From Planctomycetota bacterium (lineage in GTDB: Bacteria; Planctomycetota; UBA1135; UBA2386), in NCBI GenBank assembly GCA_044351865.1, contig JBILEY010000002.1, forward strand, positions 1 to 51,328: a stretch of 51,328 bases of DNA, in the 5' to 3' direction. Of the stretch, positions 36,327-44,456 are shown one piece after another. A program made the translations under genes and the position numbers. The notes under the pieces were generated by a model that did not search any database, was not told the origin of the DNA, and was given only the letters and a program-made list of their open reading frames with translations. Each line of letters starts with the position of its first letter. Position 1 is the first letter of the stretch.

Positions 36327-38998
36327 ACGCCATGCCGTGCCGCCGCCCGTTCGCAGCCGCCGTCGCCCTGCCGTTGCTGCTGGCGCTCGCCGCGTGCGAC
36401 GCCGGCGCCGGCAGTGACATCGGACCGCGGTTCACCGCGCTGCCGAACACCAGCAGCCGTGCCGTCGTGCTCGACGACCAGGGCCGCGGCGTCACTGGCG
36501 CGCGCATCACGCTCGCCGACTCGGATGCGTCGACGTTGACCGGCCGCAACGGGCGCGGCGACCTGCTGGTGCCGCTGCGCGCGCGCGAACGGGTGCGGGT
36601 GCAGGTCGACGACGCGGCGGCGACCGCCGGCGACGTGCTCGGTGGCTACGTGGTGTCGTTGGCGTGTCCGGGGCAAGACCTGCCGCAGGTGCTGTTCGTG
36701 CCCGATCTGCCCGATGCGGCGTCGGCGACGATCCCGACCGGCACGCAGACGGCGACGACCACGATCGCGGCCGTCGGTGGCGCCAGCCTCCAGGTGGCGA
36801 ACGGCAGCAGCGTCGGCACCGCCGACGCCGCGACGACGGTGACGCTTCGCCTCGGCGAACTGCAGCGCGCGCACCTGCCCGGCGAACTGCCGACCGTGGA
36901 CGGCCAGGCACTGCTGTTCTCGCGCGGCGTGCTGGTGGCGCCGGCGACGACGACGTTCGCGCCGGGCGCCACGCTGGAAGTGCCCGACGACCTGCTGCCG
37001 ACCGGCAGCGTGTCGTTGTTCCGCCTCGATCCCGACAGCGGGCTGTGGGGCGACACCGGCATCGCCGCGGTCGCCGCCGGCGGTCGTCTCGTCGCCAGCG
37101 GCATCGTCGCCGGCGGCCTCTACACGTTCGCGATCCCCGTCGATGCCGCGAACATGCGCGGACGCGTGATCGCGCCCGATGCGTCGCCGGTGCCCGACGT
37201 GCTGGTGCGCGTCGACCAGATCCAGACCACGACCGACGCCGACGGGCGCTTCGCTGTCGACTTCGTGGCCGCGGTGCTCGGCGACGGCTCGGGGCGGTCG
37301 GCGACGATCGAACTGTTCGCCGGCGGTTCCTGGCTGCCGGTGCGGCGCGCGACGACGGTCGCGGTGGCGCCCGGCGACGTCGACGCGGGGGAACTGACGC
37401 TCGACACGCTGCGCGCCGCCAACGTGCGCGTGCAGCAGATCGTGCGCGGCCGCGGCGACGGCCTGCAGCCGCTGCGCCTGTCGTCGCAGAGCGGCGACGT
37501 CGCCGTGTGCCTGACCAGTGACGAGATCGGCCAGGGCATCGTCGAAGACCTGCCGAACGGGTTCTTCGGCTTCCAATCCGGGCGCCCGCTGAATCGTGCC
37601 GAACTGCTCTACGGGCAGGTCGTGTCGTTGTTCCAGGACGACCGTCGCTGGCTCGACGCCTCGCAGTTCCTGCAGCGTCGCGGCTGGATCGCGCCGGGCC
37701 GACGTGCGCGCGCCTACGTCTGCGACGCGCTCGGCGGCGGGCCGATCCGCGATGCCTCGGTCGTCGTCGGCCGTGTCCCGGGCCAGGGCCTGGTGTCCAA
37801 GACCGGCGACGGCGGCTCGGTGTTCGTCGATCGCGACGCCGACGGGCGTGCGACCGCGAGCCATCGCCACGTGCGCGACGGCCGCACGATCGTGCACGCG
37901 TTCTCGATCGAGGACCCGTTCGGCGACCACCTCGAGATGACCTTGCAGCGCACGCTGCGCACGCCGGTCGCGGCGTTCGACCGCCACGGCCTCGTCCAGG
38001 GCTCGCTGACCGGCGTCGACGTCACGCGCGAACACTCGCTGCGCGCCACGCGCCGCATCGACCTGCAGGAATGGTGGTCGGAGCTGGTCGACGGCGAACG
38101 AGCGGCCGCGCGGCTGCCGATCGACGTCGATCCCGCGGCCACGCACGGGGCGTTCGTCGTCGGTGTGCCGAGTGCTGGTGGTCACCTGGCGGCGATCGAG
38201 TTCACCTCGTCGGGCGGCGTGCGCACGCTGCAGAAGGTCGGCCTGCTGCAGGACGTCGTGCCGGTCGAAGGCGAACGCATCGCGCGCGACCTCCCGCTCG
38301 CCCTGCCAGCGGCCACCGTGTTCGACGTCGTCGGCGCCCTGTCGGGCCTGGCGCCCGAGATCGTGGTCGCCGACCTGCGCGCCGACCTTGCCTTGCTGCA
38401 GCCGTCGGGCCGGGTCGTCGACGTGGCCCGCGACCTGGCGCTGACCAGCGCTCTCGGCGACGACCTGCGCGTCACGCTGCCGGCACTCGCCGGCGAGCTG
38501 GCGACTTCGCGATGGCTCGCGTTGTTGCGCAGCTCGAGCAGCAGCGGCGGCGTGACGTCGTCGCACGCGACGCTGCTGACGCTGCCCGACACCAGCGGCA
38601 CCACGCGGTTGCCGTCGTTCCCGACGCTGTCGTCGCCGGCTCCGGGCGCCACCGTGGCGGCGAGTGGCTTCACGGTGACCTACGCGGTGCCGGCGAGTGC
38701 GCGCTACGCCACGATCGAGCTGCGCAGCGAGAACGGGGCAGAGACCCTGCTCTGGCAGGTGCTGCTGCCGCCGACGACGTCGACGTTCGCGTTCGTGACG
38801 CTGCCAGTCGACGTGCCGACGCCCCTGCTCGCCGGCCGTACCTACACGCTGACCCTGTCGGCGTTCTTCGGCGACGGGTTGCTGGCGACCTCGGTGAGTC
38901 CGTACGACGATCTGTCGACCTACCCGCAGTCGGTCGGCTCGGCGGCGCTCGGCATCCGCCAGGTGGCGCGGCGGGCGATCACGATCACGGCCAACTGA
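36323..38998 (+). CDS. Large (891 aa) lipoprotein with several carboxypeptidase-regulatory-like beta-sandwich segments; function unknown
   Basis: In-frame ATG 36323 inside track ORF 34805..38998; ATGA overlap. Lipobox LLLALAAC. Segments such as VVLDDQGRGVTGARITLADSDASTLTGRNGRGDL and MRGRVIAPDASPVPDVLVRVDQIQTTTDADGRFAV fit the CarboxypepD_reg pattern. Confidence 0.75.
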   Translation: MNAMPCRRPFAAAVALPLLLALAACDAGAGSDIGPRFTALPNTSSRAVVLDDQGRGVTGARITLADSDASTLTGRNGRGDLLVPLRARERVRVQVDDAAATAGDVLGGYVVSLACPGQDLPQVLFVPDLPDAASATIPTGTQTATTTIAAVGGASLQVANGSSVGTADAATTVTLRLGELQRAHLPGELPTVDGQALLFSRGVLVAPATTTFAPGATLEVPDDLLPTGSVSLFRLDPDSGLWGDTGIAAVAAGGRLVASGIVAGGLYTFAIPVDAANMRGRVIAPDASPVPDVLVRVDQIQTTTDADGRFAVDFVAAVLGDGSGRSATIELFAGGSWLPVRRATTVAVAPGDVDAGELTLDTLRAANVRVQQIVRGRGDGLQPLRLSSQSGDVAVCLTSDEIGQGIVEDLPNGFFGFQSGRPLNRAELLYGQVVSLFQDDRRWLDASQFLQRRGWIAPGRRARAYVCDALGGGPIRDASVVVGRVPGQGLVSKTGDGGSVFVDRDADGRATASHRHVRDGRTIVHAFSIEDPFGDHLEMTLQRTLRTPVAAFDRHGLVQGSLTGVDVTREHSLRATRRIDLQEWWSELVDGERAAARLPIDVDPAATHGAFVVGVPSAGGHLAAIEFTSSGGVRTLQKVGLLQDVVPVEGERIARDLPLALPAATVFDVVGALSGLAPEIVVADLRADLALLQPSGRVVDVARDLALTSALGDDLRVTLPALAGELATSRWLALLRSSSSSGGVTSSHATLLTLPDTSGTTRLPSFPTLSSPAPGATVAASGFTVTYAVPASARYATIELRSENGAETLLWQVLLPPTTSTFAFVTLPVDVPTPLLAGRTYTLTLSAFFGDGLLATSVSPYDDLSTYPQSVGSAALGIRQVARRAITITAN

Positions 38999-40285
38999 AT
39001 GCGCTGCCAAGGCACGCTGCCGTCGCTGCTGCTGCTCGCGTGCGCAATGTCGTCCGTCGCCTCCTGCCGCACGCGAACCCGCGCGGTGCCGCTCGAGCAG
39101 CAGCTGCAGGCGGTGGCGCTGGCGCTGCGTGACGGTCGGCTCGAAGGGGCCACCGAACTGCTCGCGGCGGCGCGTGCGCGGCACGGCAACCAGGCGGCGG
39201 TGGCGACGTGGAGTTCGGTGCTCGCCGAGCTCCTGTGGCGCGACGACGACGCGGTGCGCGAGATGCATGCGGCCGTGCGAGCCGCGGTTGCCGCCGGTGC
39301 TTCGGCGGCGGAGGTGGCGGAACTGCGCGGCCGCCTCGGCGACCTGTTGTTCCAGGCCGGGCGCTGGGGCGAAGCGTGGACCGCACTGACAGCCGACCCC
39401 GGGGTGTCGCCGCAGCGCGCCGCGTTCGCGACCGTCGCCGCCGAGCTGCCGAGCGTGCGCCAGCCGCGCGGCCCGCTGCTGACCGAGCAGCCGCTGCTGC
39501 CGGGCGACACCCCGGAGTTCGTCTGCGGTGCCGGCGGCCGTCAACGCCCGTTCGCGATCGACACCGGTACGTCGATGACGACGCTGGGCCGTTCGTTCGC
39601 CGAGGAACTGGCGGTCGCGCATCGCGTCGCCGCCGGCGAAGCGCTCGACAGCGGCGGGCGCAAGCTGCCGATCGAGGTCGGCGTGCTGCCGCAGTTCCAG
39701 ATCGGCGACGTCGACATGGGGGCGACGCCGGTGCTCGTCGTCGACGATGCGGCGTTGCGCCTGCGCGACCTGTTCGGCGGCGCCGAGCGCGTGCCGCGCG
39801 GTGTGCTCGGGCTCGACCTGCTGGCGGCGATGCGGCTGTCGATCGACCCGGAGCGCAGAAGCGTCACGCTCGAGCTGCCGCGCGGTCTGCCGGCGGACCA
39901 GTCGGTGCAGTGTGTGCGCGTCGACGGCCGCTGTCTGGCGCCGGTGACGATCGAAGGCGTGCGCTTCTGGTTCGTGCTCGACACCGGCGCCAGCCACTCG
40001 AGCCTCAGCGACACCGGCCTCGCGCGCCTGCCGGACGGCGACGCGCGCGCCGTGCCGACCTACCGCCGCGTGCGGACCGTCGGCGGCGGCACGGTGGCCG
40101 TGCGCGAAGTGCGCGGCCTGGTGCTGCGCTGCAGCGAGGCGCGCTTCGCCGGCGTGACGCTGCCGGTGGTGCCGCGCGGCCAGGGTGGCATGTTCCCGGT
40201 GCACGGTGTGCTCGGCATCGACCTGCTCGGCCGCTGTCGCCTGACGCTCGATCGTGGCCGGGCGCGCCTGATCGCGCCGTCGTGA
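38999..40285 (+). CDS. Retropepsin-like (clan AA) aspartyl protease with two DTG lobes and an N-terminal helical region; lipoprotein
   Basis: Track ORF, 428 aa. The ATG directly abuts the upstream TGA (38996..39001). Lipobox-like LLLLACA. Two catalytic-type motifs: FAIDTGTS and FVLDTGAS. Confidence 0.75.
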   Translation: MRCQGTLPSLLLLACAMSSVASCRTRTRAVPLEQQLQAVALALRDGRLEGATELLAAARARHGNQAAVATWSSVLAELLWRDDDAVREMHAAVRAAVAAGASAAEVAELRGRLGDLLFQAGRWGEAWTALTADPGVSPQRAAFATVAAELPSVRQPRGPLLTEQPLLPGDTPEFVCGAGGRQRPFAIDTGTSMTTLGRSFAEELAVAHRVAAGEALDSGGRKLPIEVGVLPQFQIGDVDMGATPVLVVDDAALRLRDLFGGAERVPRGVLGLDLLAAMRLSIDPERRSVTLELPRGLPADQSVQCVRVDGRCLAPVTIEGVRFWFVLDTGASHSSLSDTGLARLPDGDARAVPTYRRVRTVGGGTVAVREVRGLVLRCSEARFAGVTLPVVPRGQGGMFPVHGVLGIDLLGRCRLTLDRGRARLIAPS

Positions 40286-40309
40286 ACGAACGCCTCCGCC
40301 GCCTTCGCG

Positions 40310-41380
40310 GTGGCCGGGCTCGGCGCTACAACCAGGCGGATGGAGGACCTCGCCTCGCTGCTCGATTCGCTCGACGTGGGCGTCGCCGACGTCGTGGCCG
40401 ACGGTGTCCTCGGCGATCGTGTGCGGCCGCGCAATGGCCCGATGCGCGCCGTGCTGCGTGCGCTGGCGGCCCCGGTCGGTGGCGAGGTGCATGTGGGTGA
40501 CGAGGTGCCGTTCGCGAGCCTCGGCCTCGATGCCGACGAACGCGCGCAGCTCGAACGCGGCGACGCGATCGCCGTCGCGAGCGGTACGAACGTCTGGTCG
40601 CTGCGGCGCCGCGGCCGCTGGTTGCTCGCGAGCGACGTCACCGCGCTGCGTCACACCGAGAGCCTGGTGCTCGCCAGCGCGCGCGCGGGGGCGCTGGCCC
40701 GCGTCGCCGGCACGTTCGTGCACGACCTCAACAACCACCTGAACCTCGGCCTCGCGCTGTTCGGCCAGTTGCGCACGCTGACGCCGGACGAGTCGGAGCG
40801 GCAGCTGTGCGATGCGCTGGCCGGCGGGGCGCAGCTCGCCGCGCAGCTGGCGCGAACGCTTGCGCGGCTGCTGCAGCGCGACGCCGGCGCCTGCGAGGTG
40901 GTCGCCGCCGGGCCGGCGATGGGCGAGGCGCTCGCGTCGATCGCGAAGCTGTGTGCGCAGCGCGAGATCGCCGTGGCGAGCCGCATCGACGTCGCCGTGT
41001 GCGTGCGCGCGAGCCAGGCCGAGCTCGCGGGCCTCTACGTGCAGCTGCTGCTGGCGCTGGCCGAGCTGCGGCCGCGCCGCTTGCAGGTGATGCTCGCTCG
41101 CGAAGTGCTGCCGATCGCCGGCGGGCGGCCGCGGCCGTGTGCACGCACCGTGGTGACGATGCACGGACTCGCAGCCGAAGCGCGTCGCACGCTGGCGGCG
41201 GCCGCGCTGTCGCCAGCGGGCTCCTTGCGCGATCTGGTGGTCGCCGGACACCACGGCCAGACACTGCCGCAGGTGGTGCTGCTCGCGTTCCGGCTCGGTG
41301 GCGAGTTCCTGGTCGCCGACGTCGGCGACGCGGTCGAGGTCACGTGCTCGCTGCCGGCGGTGGCGACTTCTCGAGCGTAG
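40310..41380 (+). CDS. Soluble histidine-kinase-like protein with an intact H-box and a degenerate ATP-binding domain
   Basis: Track ORF (GTG 40310; alternative ATG 40340, MEDLASLL). H-box GTFVHDLNNHLN. The region where N, G1 and G2 boxes are expected (LLLALAELRP, TMHGLAAEA, HHGQTLPQV) lacks the conserved Asn/Asp/Gly residues. Confidence 0.6.
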   Translation: MAGLGATTRRMEDLASLLDSLDVGVADVVADGVLGDRVRPRNGPMRAVLRALAAPVGGEVHVGDEVPFASLGLDADERAQLERGDAIAVASGTNVWSLRRRGRWLLASDVTALRHTESLVLASARAGALARVAGTFVHDLNNHLNLGLALFGQLRTLTPDESERQLCDALAGGAQLAAQLARTLARLLQRDAGACEVVAAGPAMGEALASIAKLCAQREIAVASRIDVAVCVRASQAELAGLYVQLLLALAELRPRRLQVMLAREVLPIAGGRPRPCARTVVTMHGLAAEARRTLAAAALSPAGSLRDLVVAGHHGQTLPQVVLLAFRLGGEFLVADVGDAVEVTCSLPAVATSRA

Positions 41381-43367
41381 CCAGATCGGTCGCCGCGGCG
41401 ACGCCGTGTTGCAGCGCGCGCTGGCGCGCGGCGTCGAACTCGTGGCCGCCGAAGCGAACGTCCTGGTAGGCGGTGAACGCCGCGGCGATCGCGGGTTCGA
41501 GCACCTGCTCGCGGCGCAGCGTGCGCGCGAACGCTTCGAGCGTCTGGCCACGATGGCGCGGATGCCCGGCCGCGGCGAGCTGCTTCAGCAGTTGGGCGAG
41601 CAGGCGGCGCGCGCGGCGGATCGGCGTGGCGAGGGCCTGGGACGGTGCGTCGGTGCCTCTGCGGCGCAGCGGTCGAAGTGCCAGCAACAGGGTCAGCACC
41701 AGGACGATCGCCGGCAGGTACGGACGCGACAGCTGTTCGCGCAGGCCGTCGAGCCAGATCTGGATCGACGAGCGTTCCGGCGGCGCCGCTGCGGGTTCGC
41801 TGTCGTCGCGCGCCGGCATCGGGTTGCCGCGTTCGCTCGGCGGCGTCGGATCGAAGACGACGTAGCCGAGTCCGTCGAACGGCACCTCGACCCACGCGTG
41901 CGCGTGTTGCGAACCGTAGGTGCGCACGCCGGGCTCGGTGCTCGACGGCTGGCCGCCGTGCAGGCCGACACCGAGGCGGCACGGAACGCCGCGCAGGCGC
42001 AGCAGCAACGCCGCCGCGGAGGCGAAGTGCATGCAGTAGCCGCGGTGCTCGCCGTCGGCGAACAAGAAGTTCTCGACCTCGTAGGCGAACGGCCCGGACG
42101 GTTCGGTCAGGCGGTCGTAGCGGCAGTGGCGCGAGAGTCCGGCGGCGATCGCCTCCATCGCCGCGAACGGGTCCTCGGGCACGTTCCACTCGGCGAGCAG
42201 CCGATCCCAGCGTTCGCGCTCGAGCGCGCGCGGCAACGACAGCAGGCCGAGTTCGCGCGCGTCGTAGGCCAGCGGCGCGCCACGGCCGAGCACCGGCAGT
42301 GGTTGGCAGCGCAGCTCGTACGGCTCGGGACTGGTCGCGTCGGTCGGCCGCAGCCAAAGTCGATTCGGGTCGATCGCCAGCCCGTCGAGGCCGTGCACCG
42401 ACAGCGTGTGCGGCGTCACGAACACGAAGTTGTGGCCGCCGGCGAAGCGTTCGACCAGCAAGCGCGTCGTCGGCAGGCCTGGCTGTGGCTCGCGCAGCTC
42501 GACGTCGCCGCTGGCCAGCTGCGGCAGCAGCTCGACGTTGCCGTGCTGCCACTTGTCCATGCCTGGACGCGCGAAGAAGCCGGAGCGCAGGTAGAGGTCG
42601 GGCGGAACGTTGGCGCCATCGAGGTCGCGCACGCGCGCGAGCAGCTCGCCGCCGAGGCCGGCGAGTGCGCCGCCGCCGTCGAGCACGAAGCTGTCGTCGA
42701 GCCCCGGCGAACGGCGAGCTGCGGTGTCGTCGGGCTTCGCCTTGCTCGTCGCGAAGCTGGCCGGCGATGGCAGCCAGCCGAGCGTGCGATCGACGGCGAG
42801 GGCGGCACACAAGCCGCCGAGCAGCATCGAGCCGAGCGCCGCCAAGGCGCCGTGGCGCAGCGGCACGCGCGCACGCGCGGTCACGACGGCCCCCACGGTC
42901 CGCAGGCTCAGGTGGCTCTGCGCGCGCAACGCGCAGCACGCGGCGATCGCCCAGGCGGCGATCCACGGCATCTGCTGGCCGGCCAGGATCGCGCCGACCA
43001 GCAGCATGCAGAACGACAGGAACAGCGCGAGCGAACGGTCGGCGTCGTTGCCGCGCGCGGTGGCGAAACCGAGCGGCGGCAGGATCGTGCACGCCAGCGC
43101 CGCCGGTTGGGTCACCGGCCCTTCCAGCTGCAGCGCCAGCGCACAGGTCGACACCTGCAGCGCGATCGCCAGCAGCGTGCGCCACCACGGCGAGCGCGCG
43201 AGGCCCGGAAGCAGCCCGAGCACGACGCCGGGCAGCAGGAACGCGAAACGCCAGGTCGGTGGCACCATCGTCGCTGGCAGCGCGGCGATGGCGATCGCCG
43301 CACAGGCGGCGGTGGTCAGCCACGCGAGGCGCACGGCCAGCGGCGGCGTGGGGTGCTTGCCGTTCAT
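41340..43367 (-). CDS. Membrane transglutaminase-domain protein (TgpA-like)
   Basis: Track ORF, 675 aa. N-terminal multi-TM region. Transglutaminase core triad context: GYCMHFASA (Cys), HAWVEV (His), VVFDPT (Asp). One more TM helix and a helical tail. Confidence 0.85.
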   Translation of the reverse strand: MNGKHPTPPLAVRLAWLTTAACAAIAIAALPATMVPPTWRFAFLLPGVVLGLLPGLARSPWWRTLLAIALQVSTCALALQLEGPVTQPAALACTILPPLGFATARGNDADRSLALFLSFCMLLVGAILAGQQMPWIAAWAIAACCALRAQSHLSLRTVGAVVTARARVPLRHGALAALGSMLLGGLCAALAVDRTLGWLPSPASFATSKAKPDDTAARRSPGLDDSFVLDGGGALAGLGGELLARVRDLDGANVPPDLYLRSGFFARPGMDKWQHGNVELLPQLASGDVELREPQPGLPTTRLLVERFAGGHNFVFVTPHTLSVHGLDGLAIDPNRLWLRPTDATSPEPYELRCQPLPVLGRGAPLAYDARELGLLSLPRALERERWDRLLAEWNVPEDPFAAMEAIAAGLSRHCRYDRLTEPSGPFAYEVENFLFADGEHRGYCMHFASAAALLLRLRGVPCRLGVGLHGGQPSSTEPGVRTYGSQHAHAWVEVPFDGLGYVVFDPTPPSERGNPMPARDDSEPAAAPPERSSIQIWLDGLREQLSRPYLPAIVLVLTLLLALRPLRRRGTDAPSQALATPIRRARRLLAQLLKQLAAAGHPRHRGQTLEAFARTLRREQVLEPAIAAAFTAYQDVRFGGHEFDAARQRALQHGVAAATDLATLEKSPPPAAST

Positions 43368-44443
43368 TCGAAGTCGCCCCCGACCAGCGTGACTTCGCCC
43401 GGCATCGCCGCGAACTCGGGGGCCGCCAGGTACGAGCCGGCGGGGATCCAGTAGCAGTGCTCGAGGTGGCGCAGCGCGTCGAACTGCGCCGCCGGCACCG
43501 GCCGGTGCGCCGTCGGCCCCGCTTCGGCCAGCAGCGTCAGCAGTTCGAGTTCTTGCGCGGGCCCGCGCACCAGCAGGTCAGCGTGCTCTTCGGCGAGCAC
43601 CAGGACGCGGGCGGCGGCGCCGTGCTGGCGCAGCGTGTGCAGCAGCGACGCGCAGGCGCCGAGGCTCCATTCGAAGCGGCGCAGCCCCTGGTTCAGCGGC
43701 CGGCGCGGCGGGCGGCGCAGGTCGAGCACGATGCCGACCAGCTGCGGCACGCGGCCCTGCGTGACGCGACGCACCAGCGTGCCCAGCGCCGCGCTGCGCA
43801 GCGCGTGCACGAGCCGCGCGTCCTCCTCGGGCAGGTGTTCGCGCAGCGAGTGGAACTCCGGGCCCGGCAGCTGCGAACGGTCCTGCGGCGCCTGTTCGTG
43901 GGTTGCGATCGCGCGCACGAGGTCGGCACGCAGCGGCACGCGCGCGGGCTCGGTCACCAGGTCGGCGGCGATGCGCACCGCCGCGCGCGTGCGCAACAGG
44001 CCGAGTGGCCACTGCGACACCAGTTCGAACGCGCGCTCCAGCTGGTGGCTGCGCTGGTGGCTGCGCTGCCGCACCTCGACGCGCACGGGCTCGCCCGGCG
44101 GCAGGCTCGGCAGCAGCGCCGGCGCTTCCAGGCGCATCGTGCGCGGTTCGCGCAGCAGCACCTCGCGCAGCGGGCGGTTGCCGTGGTGCACCAGCGTCAG
44201 CGTCTCGGTGAACGGCGCGCCGGCGACGCAGCGGCGCGCTTGCACGCGCACCTCGGTCGCGTGCAGCCGGCGTTGGCGCAGCACGAGGTCGACCAGCAGC
44301 GGGGCGGTGAGCAGGGCCGCGGCGAGGCGTGCGTTCGGATCGTCGCCGAGCCACGCGGCGCCGGCGGCCAACGCGGCGAGCCACGCCACGACGCGGCCGC
44401 GCATGGTCAGTTCGAGCGTCGTGGTCTGCGGCTCCGTCGGCAT
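43364..44443 (-). CDS. DUF58-family protein (MoxR-associated, vWA-like)
   Basis: Real part of track ORF 43364..44518 from Met (cat 44441..44443); alternative Met at 44404. The block EFHSLREHLPEEDARLVHALRSAALG resembles the DUF58 signature (ReY-pGDd-r-IhW). Its stop overlaps the transglutaminase start (ATGA at 43364..43367). Confidence 0.7.
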   Translation of the reverse strand: MPTEPQTTTLELTMRGRVVAWLAALAAGAAWLGDDPNARLAAALLTAPLLVDLVLRQRRLHATEVRVQARRCVAGAPFTETLTLVHHGNRPLREVLLREPRTMRLEAPALLPSLPPGEPVRVEVRQRSHQRSHQLERAFELVSQWPLGLLRTRAAVRIAADLVTEPARVPLRADLVRAIATHEQAPQDRSQLPGPEFHSLREHLPEEDARLVHALRSAALGTLVRRVTQGRVPQLVGIVLDLRRPPRRPLNQGLRRFEWSLGACASLLHTLRQHGAAARVLVLAEEHADLLVRGPAQELELLTLLAEAGPTAHRPVPAAQFDALRHLEHCYWIPAGSYLAAPEFAAMPGEVTLVGGDFE

Positions 44444-44456
44444 CGCGGCGCTTCGC

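Noticed and set aside
36002-41551. The longest ORF in the track: 1849 aa on the minus strand, spanning 5.5 kb.
   Set aside because: Extreme Arg/Ala/Gly/Pro composition with no motifs. It is antisense to four plus-strand genes that have clear family signatures (lipobox, DTG motifs, H-box). It is a typical stop-free shadow frame of high-GC DNA.
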